The notes under the pieces are model-generated. The model saw nothing but the letters and a program-made list of their open reading frames with translations. It did not search any database and was not told the DNA's origin. DNA of 64,000 bases. Origin: Salisapilia sapeloensis CBS 127946 (taxonomy: Eukaryota > Protista > Oomycota). The translations under genes and the position numbers were made by a program. Where the stretch lies: contig JAADVB010000052.1 in assembly GCA_023334545.1 (NCBI GenBank), positions 26,895-90,894 on the forward strand, written 5' to 3'. Shown here piece after piece: positions 53,001 through 64,000 of this stretch; within the stretch, counting starts at the first letter, position 1, and each line of letters starts with the position of its first letter.

Positions 53001-53421
53001 TGCACATTTAGCTTTGGTAAGAAAAGATGTACAAGAACGTAGGCGAGTGGATCAAAGGACTCGGTAAAGTATCGTGCATCAAGGGCTGAAACCACGTCGT
53101 CGCTCACACCCGGCACCAGGATCGACGGCTGTCTCTATCAAGCGTATGAGCTTTTTACACATGTAAGAGCAACTGGCAGCTTGTTACCATTGTCTTTTGG
53201 TCATCGCGGTAGTCTCTTTCGTCTGGCAGCTCCTGTGCACTCGCGGACTTGACAGTCATGCCAGCAGTTCGAGTACCTCCACCCTGTCTAAATACTTTTT
53301 GCTCTAGCTTCTGCCGAAGTGTGGGTGACTGCACCTTCTCCTCGCTCTTTGTCGCTTGCAATGTCTCCTCCACTTCGCCAGGTGCCGCCACCACACTCCA
53401 TAGCGACATCGTTTCCATCAT
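50068..53421 (-). CDS. VPS50: Syndetin / VPS50 (EARP complex), multi-exon
   Basis: QLSEDVHENQDAFIQGMKHVQEVDLD, LLHTYYLLVQWH, IVWENMQ, LAECAVACES-like segment, FATVTECSLHGRARMTVD and YVKAFY. The last exon DAYSRYDL...SPA* ends at 50068. Confidence 0.88.
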
Positions 53422-53790
53422 GTAGATCCGAAATGGGTGCTCTTCCTGCTAAATCCACGCTAGGTATATTTAGTAGTGGCTGATGGCTATCCGTAGATGT
53501 TCCCACCTCCAGATCTTCCTAGCAACAACTTTACTAGTACACTAGTTAGGATTGATAGCACATTGGTATCCCTACAATCCCATTCCAGCGAGATTGTTTT
53601 ACATGGAATAATCTTACTTGCAGTACACTTGTATCCTAGTTAAAAGAGCTGATATGGATCATTCTTGACTATTTTCGACCGGTCCTTTTTTTCCACCGTT
53701 TACCACCATACTTTAATTAAGTACACGAGATGAACCGATGGATCGGATCGGAACAAGATTACTGGACAAACGAATCCTAGAGCGATCAGA

Positions 53791-55483
53791 ATGGCGGAAG
53801 TGACCGTCGGTGATACCCACAGCGTGTCGGAGGAGACGATCCAACGAGCAGATGCGCTCAAGACGGAAGGGAATCAGGAGCTGGCGCAATTCCACTTTGC
53901 CAACGCCATTGAAAAGTACTCTCAAGCCATCGAGCTGCACCCGACGGCCATCTTCTACTCGAACCGAGCGGCTGCCCACGTCAAGGCCGAGAGCTACGGC
54001 CTTGCTATCGATGATGCCACCGCTGCTATGGAACTAGATCCAGCCTACCTCAAAGGTACCTCGTATTCATCCTATGACTATATCAGAATGTATTCATCGT
54101 CTTCCATGATAGCGTTCTACCGTCGAGGATCGGCCGAACTAGCGCTCGGACATCACAAGAAAGCTATTAAGGACTTTAAGCATGTCGTTCGAGCGAAACC
54201 TCAGGATCGGGACGCTCGGAACAAACTGAAGCTGTGTGAAAAAATCATTAAAGAAGCAGCTTTCGCGGCTGCCATCCAGTCCGAGCGCAGTCGTCCTCTG
54301 TCTGAGACGATCGACGTCGACTCCATCGGTACAAAGCAAAAGTCTCTATGTATTCAATGACATTATTCATCGTATGTGGTAGTGGTGGACAAATCGTACG
54401 ACGGGCCGCATCTGTCGGAGAACGTGAAGGACACGCCACCAGAGTTTATCGAAGCGCTAATGGATCGGTTCAAGAAGGGAAAGCTACTCCACCGAAAGTA
54501 CGTCGTCCAAGTACTTTTGGCTATGAAGGACATGCTGTCGAGCCTCCCATCTCTCCTCCGCCTCTCGCTCCCACAGGAGGAAGACGCCCACTTCACCGTC
54601 TGTGGCGACACGCACGGTCAGTTCTACGATGTCTGCAACATTTTCAACCTCAACGGTCTTCCGTCTGAGTCGAATCCATACCTTTTCAACGGCGACTTTG
54701 TCGACCGAGGCTCGTTCTCGTTTGAAGTCGTCATGACGCTGTTCGTGATGAAACTCATCTATCCGAACCACGTCCACCTCCTTCGTGGCAACCACGAGTC
54801 GAAGAACATGAACAAGATCTACGGATTTGAAGGAGAAGTCAAGCACAAGTACGACGACACGGTCATGCAGCTCTTCTCGGAAGTCTTCAACTGGCTCCCC
54901 TTGGCTGCTGTCATTGAAGAAAAGGTCATCGTCGTCCATGGCGGACTCTTCACGCAGGATGGTGTCACTTTGGATGACATTTCAAAGATCAAAAGGAACC
55001 ATGAACCACCAGAGAGTGGACTCATGAGCGACCTCATGTGGAGTGACCCGCAGCCGTTCCCTGGACGTGGACCCAGCAAGCGTGGCGTCGGACTGTCCTT
55101 TGGTCCGGACATCACCAAGACGTTCCTCGACAACAACAACCTCGGTATGATTTATCAATGATAACTGGTAGTGTGTGAAGCTAATACGATGCTAGAACTT
55201 TTGGTGCGATCGCACGAGGTCAAGGACGAGGGATACTTGGTGGAGCATGACGGTAAATGCATTACAGTCTTCAGCGCACCGAACTACTGCGATCAAATGG
55301 GGAACAAGGGAGCCTTCATCCGCTTTGGCAAAGACATGAAGCCGCAGTTTACACAGTTCTCGGCAGTGGTACGCATCTTTTAAGTGATTTAATTGTACAA
55401 GAACTGATGGAGCTTTGTGATAGGAACACCCACCGATCCGACCGATGGCGTACGCAGGCAACATGGGCGGCATGTTCGGCTAA
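53791..55483 (+). CDS. PPP5C: Ser/Thr protein phosphatase 5 (TPR + metallophosphoesterase), multi-exon
   Basis: TPRs ([22 protein letters not shown]), [36 protein letters not shown] and FSAPNYCD. The last exon [14 protein letters not shown] ends at 55483. Confidence 0.97.
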
Positions 55484-55970
55484 GGCCGGGAAAGAGGACA
55501 TTTATCACCATGGCCAAGATGCTTTTGAAGACAATAAAAGAATACCTTACTCTGTCACTATCTATTGTCCGTTGGAGTCTGGTACATATCACGACGTAAG
55601 AACTTCGGACTACTTTCATCGCAAAGTAGTCTCCAAGATCCGTTGTCACCTAGTAGTCAATTACTGCTATCTATGTCGAAGAAAGATGCATGCGCATATA
55701 GACATCTGCAACACGTTTCCGAAATTCAAGTTGGACTAGAATTGTCTACTGTTGAGATAGGACTTCGGAAAGCAAAAGGCTACCTTCAAATAATGTAAGG
55801 TCTCATTGATTACGCTACACTAGTGTCAAGAAATCTTGCAGCTTGAAGCTACATAGATTCATTTCGTCAAAAAATATTTTTATTGCACCGACAAGAGCTT
55901 TGTCGTCAGCGTTCCTACACATAAAAATAACATGCATGCACAAAGGGAAATACTATTATACGTAGACTAC

Positions 55971-55979
55971 GAAAAAAAC
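55971..55979 (-). terminator. RNA polymerase III oligo(T) terminator of tRNA-Lys
   Basis: The minus strand reads TGTTTTTTTC a few nt 3' of the discriminator base. Confidence 0.8.
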
Positions 55980-55982
55980 AAG

Positions 55983-56055
55983 CACCCGCCGTGGGGCTCG
56001 AACCCACGACCACTGGCTTAAAAGGCCAGCGCTCTACCGACTGAGCTAGACGGGT
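55983..56055 (-). tRNA. trnK-UUU: tRNA-Lys(UUU), 73 nt, intronless
   Basis: Cloverleaf: acceptor ACCCGTC/GGCGGGT, D arm GCTC/GAGC, anticodon stem CTGGC/GCCAG with loop CTTTTAA, T arm GTGGG-TTCGAGC-CCCAC. A Pol III T-run follows immediately downstream. Confidence 0.97.
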
Positions 56056-56949
56056 AGCTTGGTCGGAAATAGATTTTTATATATATAAATGTAATGTATA
56101 TTATTTAAAGCATATTCCCTTATGAATTTAAAATGGTATTTTGGCAACTAATAAAGTGATGGGTTTATAGCTTGCAAGTTATCCTGACTATCGCTCACAA
56201 GCGCTTTCATTTATTGATATAACGCTTTGCAGTGAATACATCCATGTAGTTCAAAATGTAAACAAATGTCAAATCTTTCTCCATGAAACTAGATATTTGA
56301 CGCCTGCATTTTAAATGATTATGTACCCTTTAACTACACAGTATCTTTTTACGATAACCTGTGAGCTAGCCTTTACGTACATGACGTTCTTACAATATCC
56401 TTCACTTTAAGATTCGATGATTTCAACATGAGTCGTGCAAATTAGGAAACTACGCTAGCGAATGTACTGATCAGAAGCGTGCGCGCGATATGTAAGGTTT
56501 GCTGACTAATGTATCATTCGATGATCTTTGCTGGAAATATTCTCTAGTAATGTCGCAGCTGTGCTTGCATGTCTAAATTGGTTTAAAATGTTCGAAATAT
56601 GCTTCGTAGAGCTCAGTGTACGGCTTTCCGGATAAAGCACAGATCTGATTGTGTCTTACCACGAACATAGTATAATTACTGTCCTTGTAGGCACGTGCCA
56701 ACGTCAAAACAGAGTAAGCAATCGGTCGAGCTGCGTGCCGGTGATGAATGAAAAAGGAAGGCAAATGAATCTGTCTGGGCGAGAGCAGACAGAGATGTGG
56801 TGATGTGCTTGCCGTTTTCCACTCAAGCGTGTGGTAGCACCCTTTGTGCGAGGATTCAAAGTGTCTTTGAATCCCGTTTAAAGTACGAGGTTTAGAGACG
56901 GACGTCCTGGTTAACAGCGACCTTGGATGCCGGCGCTAGAATCTAGAAC

Positions 56950-57480
56950 CTAGATTGCACTGAAAGTTTTCTTAGCGCGACCAAAACGCGCACCAGGTAT
57001 GTTCTTTACAGAGGTTACCATCCACTATTCGGACCGCGGGTTCTTTTATATCGCTCGCCATACTCCTGTAATACGGCAGGAGTGGATCGGGATTCAAGTC
57101 CTTAACTTGACTGAGGGCTATTCCTCCTGTCACCGATGTTTGACCGACGGGGTTCACGGAGTGTCTTACGTTTACTCCAGACGAGGTCTTGGTCGAATCC
57201 TCTTCTCGGTGAGGGAGATGACTAACAAAGGGAGCTCGTGTATGAGCAAGGGTCTTCTCTTCTACAGATGAAGGCCTCGGAGTAGCCGTATCACCACCGA
57301 ACGCACTAGCGTGAAGACGAAGCGCAGCGAGTGACGTACACACTCCCCGAAGGTGAATATGAAGTGCACACGCAGATACATAGGTCTCTAGCGCCGCAGG
57401 GTAGTTTCCGGGGGTGGAGAAAACCCTAACTCGAACTAGGACGCACCATTACCACACGTGCGCTTGCTAAGTCCAGTGCA
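56950..57480 (-). mobile_element. Degenerate LTR-like repeat copy B
   Basis: Shares collinear blocks with 58690-59201 in inverted orientation (see findings). Boundaries are approximate. Confidence 0.5.
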
Positions 57481-57529
57481 AGTTCTCTTCTGCATTCTGC
57501 TTATATAAATTTCAATTGCTGGCTATATC

Positions 57530-58010
57530 TTTTTGTTCAACCGTCTGTTGTGCTTTCTCATATCATGTCTCATCTACCATACTGCTGTACCATCGTCTTC
57601 CATGTACTGACTCTCATCCCGGTCCTCGCTCCCTGGGGGCCTAGGTCCAGGTCCACCCCCTGGGATCCTGGTCCGAGCTAGAACCCTTGGGGTCTAGATC
57701 CAAGTATTTCTCTCACATCCCTCGTCTCCTTTTTCTTACTGCCCCTCTTGACCCTCCGTATCATGCCTAACTCGACGCCTTCCGTGTAAGGGCTTAGAGC
57801 TCGGACTCATCATCTTCAGTATTGGGGGCTCCGGTCCGGTCCTAGCCCTGGCTCGGGTCTTTTCCGGACCCATACCCCCTGGCCTCAGCTCTCGAAGTGG
57901 GGCCTAGGCCTCTGGGCACTGGATTGGTCAAATTTTCTTCGTTCTTTCGACGTTCCTTCTGATCAGCTGATGGCCCTCGCATCTCAGCTCAACGATATTC
58001 TGTCAGCTGC
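57530..58010 (-). pseudogene. Decayed low-complexity coding-like segment (Gly/Pro/Asp-rich), possibly a retroelement gag remnant
   Basis: GGACC/GGCCC-rich repeats translate to GPGPRPPG/DPSQG-like text broken by stops. It lies between the two LTR-like copies. Confidence 0.3.
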
Positions 58011-58689
58011 GAGGAGTGATGCCACATTACCACAGAGACGGGAGTCATGCGGCGGCAAGAGCATTCAAACAATCTGTTTAATGCAAAACTCTGTACTTTA
58101 TATAAAAAATAAGCATAATTAGTCTTTTGCGAATAAAATGAGTTAAAAGTTCAAATGGCCCAGCAAGCTATAATGATGGAGTCGTGTCTGCTTCACCAGC
58201 GAAAAGATTGATGCATATTTGGCCAACCTCTAGGAAATGAACGGTGCGAGGAATGAAGAAAGGAGTCAAGGTAAAGGAAATCGAAATGCAATTGAAAGGA
58301 TGGCAAAGTCAAGCCAAGGGGCGAAAGTATTACAAGGAATCAAGAAGGTATAGATTTAAACAGACTAGATGTTAAAAGAGGCAAGCTCGGGTCGAAGTTG
58401 TTTTTTAAAAACAGGACCCGCTCCGGAATAAGTCATGGAACACGATAGAGTGCCACATCAGGATTGGACAAGATTGGTTGGCCTACAGAGGCTGAAGTCA
58501 TATATATTGGCGGAGCAACTCAGACGAAGACGCGACGTAAGCAAGATGAAGGATGACGCTGTATATCTAAGTCAGAATATGAAGAACGAAATGTTCCGAA
58601 GAAGAACTAGAGGATAACAGATGGATAACATTCTATAGTACAGAGAAATTTTTGCACTGAAGAACACAAGCACACGGGAGACCGCAATG

Positions 58690-59201
58690 TTGTCATTTTC
58701 TACTTAGTTTCCCTCACCTTGAGACATCTACAGTCGCACGAGTCACACGACTCGGTTGCAAACACTTCAGATTAGGGAACGGTTATCTGGGACGGCGTTC
58801 CACATTCAAATTCCTGAGAGGACTTCATATTAAGCGTACGGTGGTGACAAGCGTTCCACCGGGACTTTACACCAAAACTAAGACCAACGTCCGGCTCCGG
58901 CTACAGCCTTCTGGTGATCGATTACCCGTTCCGCACGACAGGAGCGAACTTCAAAGACACCCGTCCAGAGGAACTAGGCGATAATCCGTATATACGTTCG
59001 GAGAAACAAGGAGACACTCCATAGACTCGTCGGCCAAACACTCGAAGGTGGGTGGACTGCTCCTCGATCCGAGCTAAGGGCCTAGATCCATTCCGCTAGC
59101 GCTGCATTCCGGTAAGTAGCAGGCGACGTACAAATTTAACCGGAGAGTAGTTAGTTAGTCCCTCTCTAATCTAGCACTTGGTGCAGAGTTTCGCTATTAC
59201 A
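58690..59201 (+). mobile_element. Degenerate LTR-like repeat copy A
   Basis: Begins TGTCA and ends TATTACA (TG...CA). Homologous to copy B. No target-site duplication was found. Confidence 0.5.
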
Positions 59202-59825
59202 AAAACACAGTGCGAGTTAATTAGGTTCTGGGGTAATCTGTTCCTGACACCAAGCCGTCAGTTTTCGTTTTCGGGATGCATTCCCATCTCGTCCCAGACA
59301 TTGGGCGCGATATAAAGAGACCTTCGATACTTTCACACGGGTACCTACACACGCCCTGTGGATCTCTTACTAATTTTTTAAGGCACATCATCACAAGGTT
59401 CACTCCATACTGATTAATTAGTGAAGGAAGATCGTTGCAGTAGTTTAAAGTGCCATGAAAGTATTTGCTTCAATCGAACGCAGAAACACATGCCAAGTTT
59501 CTACATAACATATCGTAAAAAAGTCTATACAAGATAGATAATATTCTGAAATTTTATATTGACAATCCTTTTCCGCACCGATACGCATTTAATCTATGGC
59601 TTTCACTAGTAAGCACGTGTAGTTTGACGGATGAAGTATCTACTCCTGTTAAATCAAGAAATTTCACAGCACCCACGGATCGCCTAAGGACAAATGGCGA
59701 TGAATGACGTTCACAACAATATCAAATACCGGGTATTTCCTATATATGTTAAATATGTTTTTCTTTGGTCCACTCAATAAGTAAACATTCAATATATTCC
59801 AAATACTTTATCACAGGTTGGATTA

Positions 59826-60330
59826 AACTGCTTCGACAGCGTTCACGTTCCGTATAGCCCTGTTACAAAGCAAATTTATTATGGTCTTTAGCTTATGCAG
59901 CTTCACCCGCTGCCACTGCTCAGTAACTATCAACTTTACCGAAAAAGTAGCGTTCACACTCATTAAAGGTGGGCAGCACATAGAAAACACCAGCGATTTG
60001 AGACCTTTTGACTACTTTCGCGGCTAAAAAGCCATCACCGCAATCAACATCCGATTCGCGTTCTTGTCAAATTCCTTGATCCTTCCCGTTAAGGTTAAAG
60101 TCCGTTCGAGCTGCTTTCTTGGCTGACTTGGTAGTTTCTTTTCGCTGTAGATTAGCAACTTCTGGCTCTAAATCTGCAAAGGTTAAAGTCGGGAACTGAG
60201 AGCTCAAATGCTGGCGCGTAGTCGGAAATTTTGGTCAGATAGACAGCAGAAGGTTCACTTTGTCAGCAGTGTTTGCTATTAGGTCTTAGTAGTCGCTTCA
60301 AATGTGGATGTACATTTCAGCTCGTAGATA
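59826..60330 (-). mobile_element. Decayed hAT-like DNA-transposon transposase fragment (C-terminal dimerisation region)
   Basis: The minus strand gives KFPTTRQHLSS...ADLEPEVANLQR...KKAARTDF...YVLPTFNECERYF, then a frameshift to SVKLIVTEQWQRVKLHKLKTIINLLCNRAIRNVNAVE. In-frame stops are present. The text matches the PT(S)NxCERxFS...LETxxxLxxNR pattern. Confidence 0.7.
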
Positions 60331-62282
60331 GCTAACGAGGTATGCGTTATTACGACTGGTGGTTACATAGATTTGAACTACAATGATTTTGCCTAAGCCA
60401 TCCAGTAGTTTACTCGAACATGTATTCTTCAAAACTTAAGACAAACTCTGGACTCCAAGGATATGATGTTTAGTTAGAAATGTTGATTGTATTTCTAAAT
60501 GTATATTTGCCGGGTTCCTTTACTAAAAACTCTATCAAAGACGGGCGTATACCGATAAAAGTTAATGTAAACGTTTTTGCTGTGTACAAGTACATTGCGT
60601 TTTGTTCCAACTAAGCATAAAGTATCTCTGTGTTTCACGGAATGCATGGAAAGCTATCTTTATCAAGCATTGACAGTCATTTATAAAATAAATGATATAA
60701 ACGTGTTAAATTCTCTACAAAGCAAATCTTCCATCCTAAATAAAACTCTTAGTTAAGTCATCGGTTTGTTAGCTTCATTTTTGCTTAGTTGTAGGTATTT
60801 ATCTATTCAGTTACCGATTAGATATCAATCGAATCTACAGACGCCTGCTGATTGTAGTTTTGTTTTGTAATTTCGTTAACCACGTTTCCTTGCTCTATTC
60901 ACAGCACAACATTAAAATGATACTGATACCACCACATCTAATCTTCGTTCAAGACCTAGAGCCTTAAAAGAAATGATTACCAACCACGTCAGGACTGGCA
61001 CCTATCTGCATTGTTCTATCTAGAGTTAGCATGATCACTTGCTGAATTTATCAGTGATACATTATGACGATGATGATGCGCTACGTGAGCACCAATAGGT
61101 GACCAAAAGCTGCCTAGGTCAGATTGAACGTCACTAGAGCACGGGATGACAAGCTAATGATTCAACTATTTATAAGCGTAAATACAGAGCGAGGTTGACT
61201 GTTAGTGCGACTCAATGTACAGATAAACTAAGTTTTAATCAATCTGGTTTTCTGTCTGGGTTTGATTACTTAGATTTCTCTACAGCACTATAAACAGAAA
61301 CTTACAACAGGCTGTGCATTGATGTACTGCGTACAAACCCTCATGCACTGGCTACATACAATTGAAGTACTGAAAATATAGAATCGAAAGCTGACAATAT
61401 ACGTTTTTAGATTGTTAGTGCTCTAAGATGTTTCGGGCTGTGTATTGAAAAAGCCTCTACTATTGGTACTATACATCTAACATATTGCAATAAATAGAAA
61501 CAAATAAACCTGCTCTGTCAAGACATACGTGAGTTTAAAGTTACTGATAAACACACAAATAATAGCCTTCAGGCCTGTCGTCACCAATGGCGGACATAAT
61601 TTGCCACTGAAAAGCTTAAAAGTCAGTAAGACTACGACAGTTAGAATATATAGATTTGATTTAATTTAAGTACCAATTATACCACTTTTGCACTATTAGT
61701 CGACTGATATGCAATGGACTACAGCACATATTGAGCTATCCTGCTTTATAAGTCTGCAAGAAATACTTTTGTTTTCTCTATATGTTTACATTTTATATAT
61801 AATACAATTACCTTTAATTTCATGTTGACCACTTACTCTAGTGGTCACACACTTTTTTTCGTGTCGAAGGTTACCAGTTCAATTTCTTTTGCCTGTCTTT
61901 TTTCAACTTCAACTCATACACAAATCCTTTTCACGTTCAAAGTAGATCTGTACGACACGTTCTCTCCAATTAGCCTAGTCTCGTTCTTTATTCTCTGTAT
62001 AATGATACTGATTAATTTGAGCTTTAAAATAAATTTGGCGGTGAACTGTACGGAAAGAAAAGGTTAAAGGATAAAGCTCTAGACCTGGTGACCAAAAGTC
62101 AAACTCGCTCGGCATGCAGCTACACCAAGATCAAAGCAAAACCAAAGCAAAGTAGGTGACACATCCATGTAAATACATCAAACAAACTCGTTCATTTTGT
62201 TGGCTTTATCTACACATGATAAACCAGATATACACAATTGAAAAATGCCGTCATTGCATCTATCAGATCGCGTGAGAGCCCA

Positions 62283-63378
62283 CTACAGTGCTCTGCGTAG
62301 TGCCTGCTGCACTTCTTCGTGCGGCATAGCTTCTGTCACCATCCCGACCACTTCTCGCGCATCCTCTTCCCCAAACGTTTCCTTGGAGAAGGCAATAAAT
62401 TCCTCCGGCGTCATCTCCTGACTACCCAGAGCTTTGGCCGCTTTCCTGAATTTAGATACACATTGTTTATCGCCTTCACTGATCTCCTCCACTTTGGCCA
62501 AAAGCTCCTTGGAGCTCATCTTCTTCCCCAACGGCCTCTCTCTCGCCTTGGTCTTCCGTCGTCTCTTGAGCGTCTGCATTGCTGCCTGCAACGCCGCTCT
62601 CTTTTCCTCCTTTTTAATCGATTTGACGTATAGATCAACTAGCCATTCCTGGAAAACTCTGTCTCCAAATTCATCCGTGATGAACTTGACAAAGGTCTCA
62701 CTAGCTGCTATTGCATTCTCATCTCGACGGAAGGTTTTCGACTGTTTATGGAATCGACGACAGCTCTCTTCTCCAAATCGGTCCGCAACTTCATCCTCAA
62801 TCTGTTCTCGGATATGTCGACCTCTGCAATAACTGATAGGCTTCTCCTCACTGTCTTTCGATGATGCACTGCTCTTGCTCCTTGAAAGGATGGACGAGTC
62901 GATGTGCTTTGGAGCGTCAATGAACTCCGACACAGCCTGAGACCCCTCACCTTGTTGACGAACAAAGTCGGCGACACCAGTGAAAGCCATAATGCGCTGG
63001 AGATAGTAATCTAACTCCTGCCGTCTCTTTTCTAGAAATCCTTGGCTCTGATCGCGCTTGAACATGGAACGAACGCGATGAGATGGCGCGAAGGCAACGG
63101 TCACCATTCGCTTTCGAAAGCTAGAGTAGCTGTCTCGCATTTTGTCATCAAAGGCTTGAAACTGGGAGTAGCTTTTCCATGCACTCCACTCGACGCGTCC
63201 ACCATCCTCTTTCGCACCCGTCGGCTCAAACGTACAGTGTATTTCATACTGGTTTTTATTAGTATTGACGAGTATAAATAGAATCAGTAAAGTGGAGACG
63301 TACAACAGGAGACTCATGATTCGTCTGCGTTGCCGTTCGCACATGAAGCTTGAGCGGTGGAAAGTCGTGCAGGAGCAT
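62283..63378 (-). CDS. PX (Phox homology) domain protein, intron 63249-63303; start uncertain
   Basis: Spliced PPLKLHVRTATQTNHESPVYEIHC...WSAWKSYSQFQAFD...FAPSH...FLEKRRQELDYYLQRI...VSEFID. Confidence 0.8.
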
Positions 63379-64000
63379 TGGGACGGAAGCTACCAGATCG
63401 CAAGTGGCGATCGACCGAAGCTGGTAGTTCGATCGTAGGTGTGTCGTAATGACCAGAAAACGAGCAATCGATGGGCGTATCACGTGGTAGAAATATACGC
63501 TATAAAGCAGGACGCACTGATCTTCAACACACGCTCTCAGCGAAATTGGCTGCTCGCATACGCCACTTGGACCAGGTTCATGAAAAACAGGTATACGACG
63601 GTGGACGCCGATGCGTAATAAGATATGAGCAATCGACGTGACGATCATTGGAAGCACGTCTGGCACAAGAGATGTGATGGAGCTGGCCAAAGTTCAACAC
63701 CTCCAGCCTTGCCTTTACATCCACGTACGAGTGTAGGGGCAAATTTTATCGACAAAAATTCTTATGAGCACACGAACACAGTCGATAATGGAGTCACAAA
63801 GGGCAGCACGGTCACTTTCAACACGTCGCTCGGGTGGATAGTCAGGCTGGATATTATATCCAGGCGTCGCGATCCTCCGAATGCTACCAACGATGGTCTA
63901 TGACGTGGCGATTGCCACCTGCGGAGGACTCGACGGCATGGACTCGTATCTTCAGAAACACGCATCCGAGTGATCAACCAAGGCATGAGGCAAACAGTAA

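Noticed and set aside
56573-58617. Short ORFs in the repeat region (56573-56764, 56972-57343, 56999-57271, 58435-58617)
   Set aside because: They have no domain signal and overlap degenerate repeats, so they are treated as chance ORFs.
59221-59403. 60-aa minus-strand ORF next to the LTR-like copy
   Set aside because: It might be another TE fragment, but I could not assign any motif.
63400-64000. Overlapping short ORFs at the window end
   Set aside because: I could not build a consistent gene model. The region may be the PX gene's 5' region or part of a gene continuing beyond the window.

Overview
Eukaryotic nuclear DNA from a very compact, flagellated stramenopile, most likely an oomycete (inference from short GT-AG introns of about 50-90 nt, the gene repertoire, and a transposase remnant resembling oomycete hAT-like families). 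Bases 1-55.5 kb are gene-dense, with about 35 protein genes that are mostly conserved housekeeping genes: TKL kinase, cystathionine gamma-lyase, EIF1AD, GRAM/VASt, RPLP1, DRC7, U2AF2, RPL7A, SPT16, TMEM184, GT31, ubinuclein, TRMT2A, MMADHC, PWI protein, cofilin, lipin, malate synthase, COG4, TTI1, VPS50 and PP5. They are often arranged as divergent pairs separated by about 80-140 bp. A tRNA-Lys(UUU) at 55983-56055 marks an abrupt switch to about 6 kb of gene-free, repeat-derived DNA containing a pair of inverted LTR-like copies and a decayed hAT-like transposase, followed by a PX-domain gene. No prokaryotic-type system (CRISPR, operon, prophage) is visible. The best leads are an MLKL/HeLo-like helical domain fused to SEL1 repeats, a giant-virus-like YqaJ/PD-(D/E)xK nuclease, a ~215-aa propeller-like insertion in TRMT2A, a structured H/ACA-like RNA in an unusually long RPL7A intron, and an orphan RS/RD protein sharing two N-terminal motifs with U2AF65. 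All family assignments come from motif recognition by eye; no searches were run.
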